Assembly: GCA_044344255.1 (NCBI GenBank) | Contig: JBIJDH010000022.1 | Span: 64,001 to 128,000 of the forward strand | Direction of reading: 5' to 3' | DNA: 64,000 nt | DNA from: Myxococcota bacterium | GTDB taxonomy: Bacteria; Myxococcota_A; UBA796; UBA2385 | Shown here: in pieces, positions 60,092 to 64,000 of the stretch | Layout of the letters: the number at the start of each line of letters is the position of its first letter | Numbering within the stretch: position 1 is the first letter of the stretch | Made by a program: the position numbers and the translations under genes | Notes under the pieces: generated by a model | Told to the model about the DNA's origin: nothing | Seen by the model: the letters and a program-made list of their open reading frames with translations, nothing else | The model's database searches: none

Positions 60092-60892
60092 CTACTTCGG
60101 CGCGGGGGTGGCCGCGCCCGCCGCAGGAGGGACAGCGCCTGCGGCGGGAGGGGCGCCCGCGGCGGGAGGGGCGCCCGCGGCGGGAGGGGCGCCCGCGGCG
60201 GGAGGGGCGCCTGCGGCGGGAGGGGCGCCTGCGGCGGGAGGGGCGCCCGCGGCGGGCGGCGGGGCGCCCAGGGCGCCCTGGTTGGGCGTGTCGGCCACCA
60301 TCGGCGCCGACGGATCGACCTGCCCGTTGCCCGCGGCAGGGTCCTTCGAGCCGGACCCACCGACCGCATTGGCGTCGAGCGAGATGTCGAGCACGATCGG
60401 CGTCTTGCTCAAGTCAATGGGGTTGCCGGGGTACTCCTGCATGAGGTCGGTCTGATCGGGCCCGTTACCCTCAAAGTCGAGGATGGTGGAGATCTTCACC
60501 CCGGCCGTCCCCTCAGGGAGGTAGATCTCGAAGGGCCCCGGGTTCTGGATGCGCACCACGGTCAGCGGCGCCTCGCCCTTGGTGCGGTCGGCAGTGGGAG
60601 TGTGAATGTCCATCTGGATCGCCCCCTTCGTGTAGTTGGCGATCGCGATGGTGCCCGTGATCTTGATCGCGCCCGCCGTCTTCGCGAGGGCGGCCTGGTC
60701 ATAGCTCATGCCGCCACCACCACCACCACCACCACCACCACCGGCGGCGTTGGGGTCACCCGGCTGCTGGCCCCCCATCGGGGGGGCGGTGCCGCCGACC
60801 GTCTCGACCGGCTCGGAGCAGGCGCCGAGCAGGCCGATCAGCAGGGACAAGCCGGCCAGCGGAGCAAAGGTGAGGCGACGTGCACGAGGCAT
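60092..60892 (-). CDS. lipoprotein with poly-Gly linker and (PPAAGA)n tail
   Basis: LLGAC lipobox; GPFEI..LDFEGNGPD core. Confidence 0.8.
   Translation of the reverse strand: MPRARRLTFAPLAGLSLLIGLLGACSEPVETVGGTAPPMGGQQPGDPNAAGGGGGGGGGGGMSYDQAALAKTAGAIKITGTIAIANYTKGAIQMDIHTPTADRTKGEAPLTVVRIQNPGPFEIYLPEGTAGVKISTILDFEGNGPDQTDLMQEYPGNPIDLSKTPIVLDISLDANAVGGSGSKDPAAGNGQVDPSAPMVADTPNQGALGAPPPAAGAPPAAGAPPAAGAPPAAGAPPAAGAPPAAGAPPAAGAVPPAAGAATPAPK
60113..60258 (-). repeat. 18-bp tandem repeat encoding PPAAGA (about 7-8 copies)
   Basis: GCGCC(C/T)GCGGCGGGAGGG units. Confidence 0.9.
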
Positions 60893-60990
60893 GAGGAGAC
60901 TCCGGGTGCGGCGCACGAACGGCGGCCACGGGACAGTCAAGGTGGGGGGCCGCGCGCCCGGGCTGCGCGAGCGGCCGCAGCGGGCTGAGC

Positions 60991-62814
60991 CTAAAGAGCG
61001 CGGCGGCTCCGCGCAAGCGAGGCCCCCGGCGCTCGACGGCGCCCGGTCAGGATCAACAAGAGGCCGAGGCCAGCGGCCCCGAGGCGCCCCGACCCCGCGG
61101 CCGCGCAGCTACAGCCCGGCTGCTTGCCGATGTCACCGTTGTCGATGACGATGATCGGCGAGGGCCCACCGCCGGAGCCGCCGTCTGACCCACCATCGGC
61201 GGCGCCGTCCGACCCGCCCGAGTCGGCGGAGGGCTCCGCGCTGTCGTCCTCCCCGCCCGAGTCCGGCTCCGGGGCGACCTCGTCGATCTCGCCGTCACAG
61301 TCATCGTCCACGCCGTTCCCGAGCAGCTCTTCGGGGCCGGTGCACTCCGCGGCGCAGCTCGTACAGTCCTCGGAGGGGTCACAGATGCCATTGCCGCACC
61401 ACTCCCCCACCCGGCTGAGGCGGATCGAGTCGACGGCGATGTGCTGGCTGGAGGCGACGGTGCTCGACTCATTGTCGGTCACCTTGAGGAACTGTCCACC
61501 GCCCGCGGCGAAGTGGTAGGTACCGAGCGCCTGCCAGCCGTCGACCGCGCTCTGGTCGATGGTCACGTCGCTCATCACGCCGTCTGCGTAGACGTGGTAG
61601 TCTGTGCCCGCGTGGACGTTGAAGCCCCCGCCCGTGTAGACCTCGACGAGGTAGTCCCCCTCCTCCTCAAGGTGGAGCTTCCACCAGGCCCAATTGTCGG
61701 GGTCGTCGCTCTTGAAGGCGTTCGTCCAGTAGAGGTGGCCGCCGTCGCCGGTGGTCTCGTCGCGCCAGTATTCGTCGGGGCCGAACTTCTCGAAGCAGTC
61801 GCCCTCCTCGTCGAGGCTGCCCCCAGCGGCCGGGATGAGCGAGCAGGCCCCGGCGCTCGGGCAGTGGCCAGGCCAGGCGGCGCGCCCGGAGCCCGAGCCT
61901 GCCCAGACCCCCCAGTGGTTGGCCACCGAGCGGGCCCCGCCGCCGCTGTTGTTGCCGTCGTAGTCGTTGACGTAGCCGTCCCCGTCCACCCACATCTGCG
62001 AGGAGCCGCCACCGTCCAGGTTGAAGGCTACCCAGGCCCCGAGCTGCCCCATCAGATCGGCGAGCTCGCTGCCGTACATCCCCGAAGAGTCGCTGGTGCG
62101 ACCGTCTACGACGGCGAGGATGAGAGTGCCCTTGTCAGCGGTCAGGCCCATCGCGGTGCGGGGGTGGCGGTCGCGCATGTCGGAGCGATCGGGGAAGCAG
62201 GTCGAGGCCTCGGGATCGGAGCAGGTCTCGACAAAGCCCTCCACCACGAGCTCGGGGAAGCCGCTCACGAGCGCGAGCGTGCCCACCGGCGGGTCGGGGT
62301 GCTTGTCGGTGATCTCCCAGCCGCCGCTCACGCCATAGTCGCCGAGGTTGTTCTTGACGTGGGCGCTGTGGGTGAACTCTACCCAGTCGTCGCCGAAGGC
62401 GATCCAGCCGTAGTGGCTGTAGTACCACTCCCCACTGTAGCTGCTGTCATCGCCGGTCTGGATGGAGGGCCAGGCGTTTCCGTCCCCCACCGCGTTCCCA
62501 TAGACACGGAGCGGGCTCGTCTTGTAGAAGTCGCCGTTCGTGGCCACCTGGACGCCGGCGTCAGAGGCCCAGGAGCCCGTGCTCTGCGTGCTGTCGGAGG
62601 CCTCGGTGGCCGTCACATGCACATACGAAGTGCACAGATCGACGAGGGTGACGAAGGTGTTGGTGGTGGGGCTGCTCGTCCGGTACTCTCGAAGGGTGAT
62701 CCCGGGGTAGGGCGAGCTCTCCGACTCGAGGCTCAGCGTGAGCGCCGCGGCCGGGCCACCCCAGGCGACGAGGCCGAGCAGCACAGCGCCCCGACTGGCA
62801 GAGGCGAGGCGCAT
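60991..62814 (-). CDS. phosphodiester glycosidase (NAGPA/DUF2233) with golvesin-like domain and MYXO-CTERM-like tail
   Basis: ATNGDFY, RHPRTAMG, VVDGR, AFNLDGGGS; GWQALGTYHF; GNGVDDDCDGEID; GCSC...TGRRR. Confidence 0.85.
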   Translation of the reverse strand: MRLASASRGAVLLGLVAWGGPAAALTLSLESESSPYPGITLREYRTSSPTTNTFVTLVDLCTSYVHVTATEASDSTQSTGSWASDAGVQVATNGDFYKTSPLRVYGNAVGDGNAWPSIQTGDDSSYSGEWYYSHYGWIAFGDDWVEFTHSAHVKNNLGDYGVSGGWEITDKHPDPPVGTLALVSGFPELVVEGFVETCSDPEASTCFPDRSDMRDRHPRTAMGLTADKGTLILAVVDGRTSDSSGMYGSELADLMGQLGAWVAFNLDGGGSSQMWVDGDGYVNDYDGNNSGGGARSVANHWGVWAGSGSGRAAWPGHCPSAGACSLIPAAGGSLDEEGDCFEKFGPDEYWRDETTGDGGHLYWTNAFKSDDPDNWAWWKLHLEEEGDYLVEVYTGGGFNVHAGTDYHVYADGVMSDVTIDQSAVDGWQALGTYHFAAGGGQFLKVTDNESSTVASSQHIAVDSIRLSRVGEWCGNGICDPSEDCTSCAAECTGPEELLGNGVDDDCDGEIDEVAPEPDSGGEDDSAEPSADSGGSDGAADGGSDGGSGGGPSPIIVIDNGDIGKQPGCSCAAAGSGRLGAAGLGLLLILTGRRRAPGASLARSRRAL

Positions 62815-62963
62815 CGGCGCGAAGCGCGGGCGGCTACGGGCGTCGAGACCGTGGGATCCAGGCATGGGACCTCTTCCCAGCGGCGTTAACCCGCCCGCGC
62901 CGGCGGGGGTCCCTGTTCGTCGGGGGCCGAGCGCGTTAGCCGGCACACCCCCCGGAGGCACCG

Positions 62964-63314
62964 ATGAAGGCCGAGCTGATCAAGCTCCTGCAGAAGGGCC
63001 AGACCTTCTCCGATCTCAAGTCCGCGCTGGACGGCAAGTCCATCGGCGGCGGCAAGGTCCGCATCACCGTCGACAACCGGGCCCTGCCCTACCTCGCTCA
63101 CGTCGTCGCCGGCTGGGTCGACGGCCCCCCGGGCTCGAACGTCGCCGCGGTGCTCTCGGGCGCGGACCCTGCGGGCGGCAAGTGGCGCCGCTTCTCGCTC
63201 TCCTGCAAGGGCCCCTACCGCTACGAGATCGACGTCTTCCCGACGCCCTTCACCGACGCCGCGCAGCCGCTCTCCCCCGGCATCCCCCCTGCGGGCCGCA
63301 CCGCGGCGCACTGA
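62964..63314 (+). CDS. hypothetical protein
   Basis: GGAGG RBS, ATG, strongly GC3-biased codons. Confidence 0.75.
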   Translation: MKAELIKLLQKGQTFSDLKSALDGKSIGGGKVRITVDNRALPYLAHVVAGWVDGPPGSNVAAVLSGADPAGGKWRRFSLSCKGPYRYEIDVFPTPFTDAAQPLSPGIPPAGRTAAH

Positions 63315-63418
63315 GCCGCCCAGCCCGGAGCGGCGCCCCCGGCTCGAAGCGGCCGGCATATTCGGGGCCGCTCATGGGCTCATGCTACACTACCCCCCTC
63401 GTCCCGGAAGGAGTCCTC

Positions 63419-64000
63419 GTGGCACTCAGCCTCCTGCGCCTGCTCAGCCTCGTCTCCCTGGCCACGCTGGCCCTCCCCGCCTTCGCGGGTGCCACCGCCT
63501 CTGACTTCAAGAAGGAGACGAAGAAGGGCGCCAACTACTGGAACGCCCAGGCCGCCATCGACGGCGACATGAAGACCTGCTGGATGGTGCCCGGGGAGAG
63601 CCAGAACAAGGGCGAGTGGATCATGCTCGAGGCCCCCAAGTCCAAGATCGACAAGATCGGCATGGTGGTGGGCTGGGGCAAGGATGACGCCATCTTCAAG
63701 GACTACGCCCGCGTCAAGACGGTCAACGTCATCGCCTACAAGTACGACGACGACAACAACATGGTCGAGGCCGCCCGTCAGGTCGCCACCTTCGAAGACA
63801 AGCCGGGGATGCAGGTCGTCGACATCGAAGACATGCAGATCGGTGACGAGAACTTCGGCGGCAAGGTCAAGATCGAGGTGACGGACTTCTACGAGGGCAA
63901 GGACTTCCCGAACCTCGCCGTGAGCGAGGTCCTGATGGTCCTCACCGAGTTCGACGCCAAGCCCGTGGTCAAGAGCGTCTCCTCCGAGGACGCCGGCCAC
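63419..64000 (+). CDS. secreted discoidin/F5-8-type (NADase-type glycan-binding-like) domain protein, 3' end outside window
   Basis: AAGGAG RBS, GTG 63419; manual translation MALSLLRLLSLVSLATLALPAFAGATAS..AAIDGDMKTCW..KGEWI..GW..F..YARVK..YEGKDF.NLAVSEV; open to the window end. Confidence 0.8.
   Translation, partial: MALSLLRLLSLVSLATLALPAFAGATASDFKKETKKGANYWNAQAAIDGDMKTCWMVPGESQNKGEWIMLEAPKSKIDKIGMVVGWGKDDAIFKDYARVKTVNVIAYKYDDDNNMVEAARQVATFEDKPGMQVVDIEDMQIGDENFGGKVKIEVTDFYEGKDFPNLAVSEVLMVLTEFDAKPVVKSVSSEDAGH

Noticed and set aside
60113..60258. 18-bp repeat array as CRISPR or regulatory repeat
   Set aside because: In-frame coding repeat (PPAAGA) without spacers.

Overview
High-GC bacterial chromosomal window, most likely from a Myxococcota member: two MYXO-CTERM-like GCxC-hydrophobic-RRR tails, a DUF1592/DUF1552 pair, eukaryote-like Ser/Thr kinases, sigma54 enhancer-binding proteins and many acidic lipoproteins. 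It holds about 45 CDS and several gene remnants. I saw no rRNA, tRNA, CRISPR array, integrase or transposase. Housekeeping-type genes are pyrC, pncB-nadE-nrtR with an NrtR box, a CpxP/R/A-like module and mutH. The standout is a three-gene operon at 40.4-44.5 kb behind a sigma54 promoter: a PyrH-like tryptophan halogenase, a PLP aminotransferase, and a strikingly plant-like GRAS-domain protein that keeps SAM-methyltransferase motifs. This suggests an undescribed halo-indole (halo-auxin-like or beta-methyl-halotryptophan) pathway or signal. Also notable: (1) a lower-GC ABC-ATPase / TOPRIM-like / DUF262 cassette, a candidate anti-phage system; (2) an apparent PAS-EBP -> sigma54 -> alternative sigma70 cascade marked by a shared GTTGCA-N3-TGCAAC palindrome; (3) an E. 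coli-type MutH outside its usual lineage. All family calls come from reading motifs by eye; no database searches were run.
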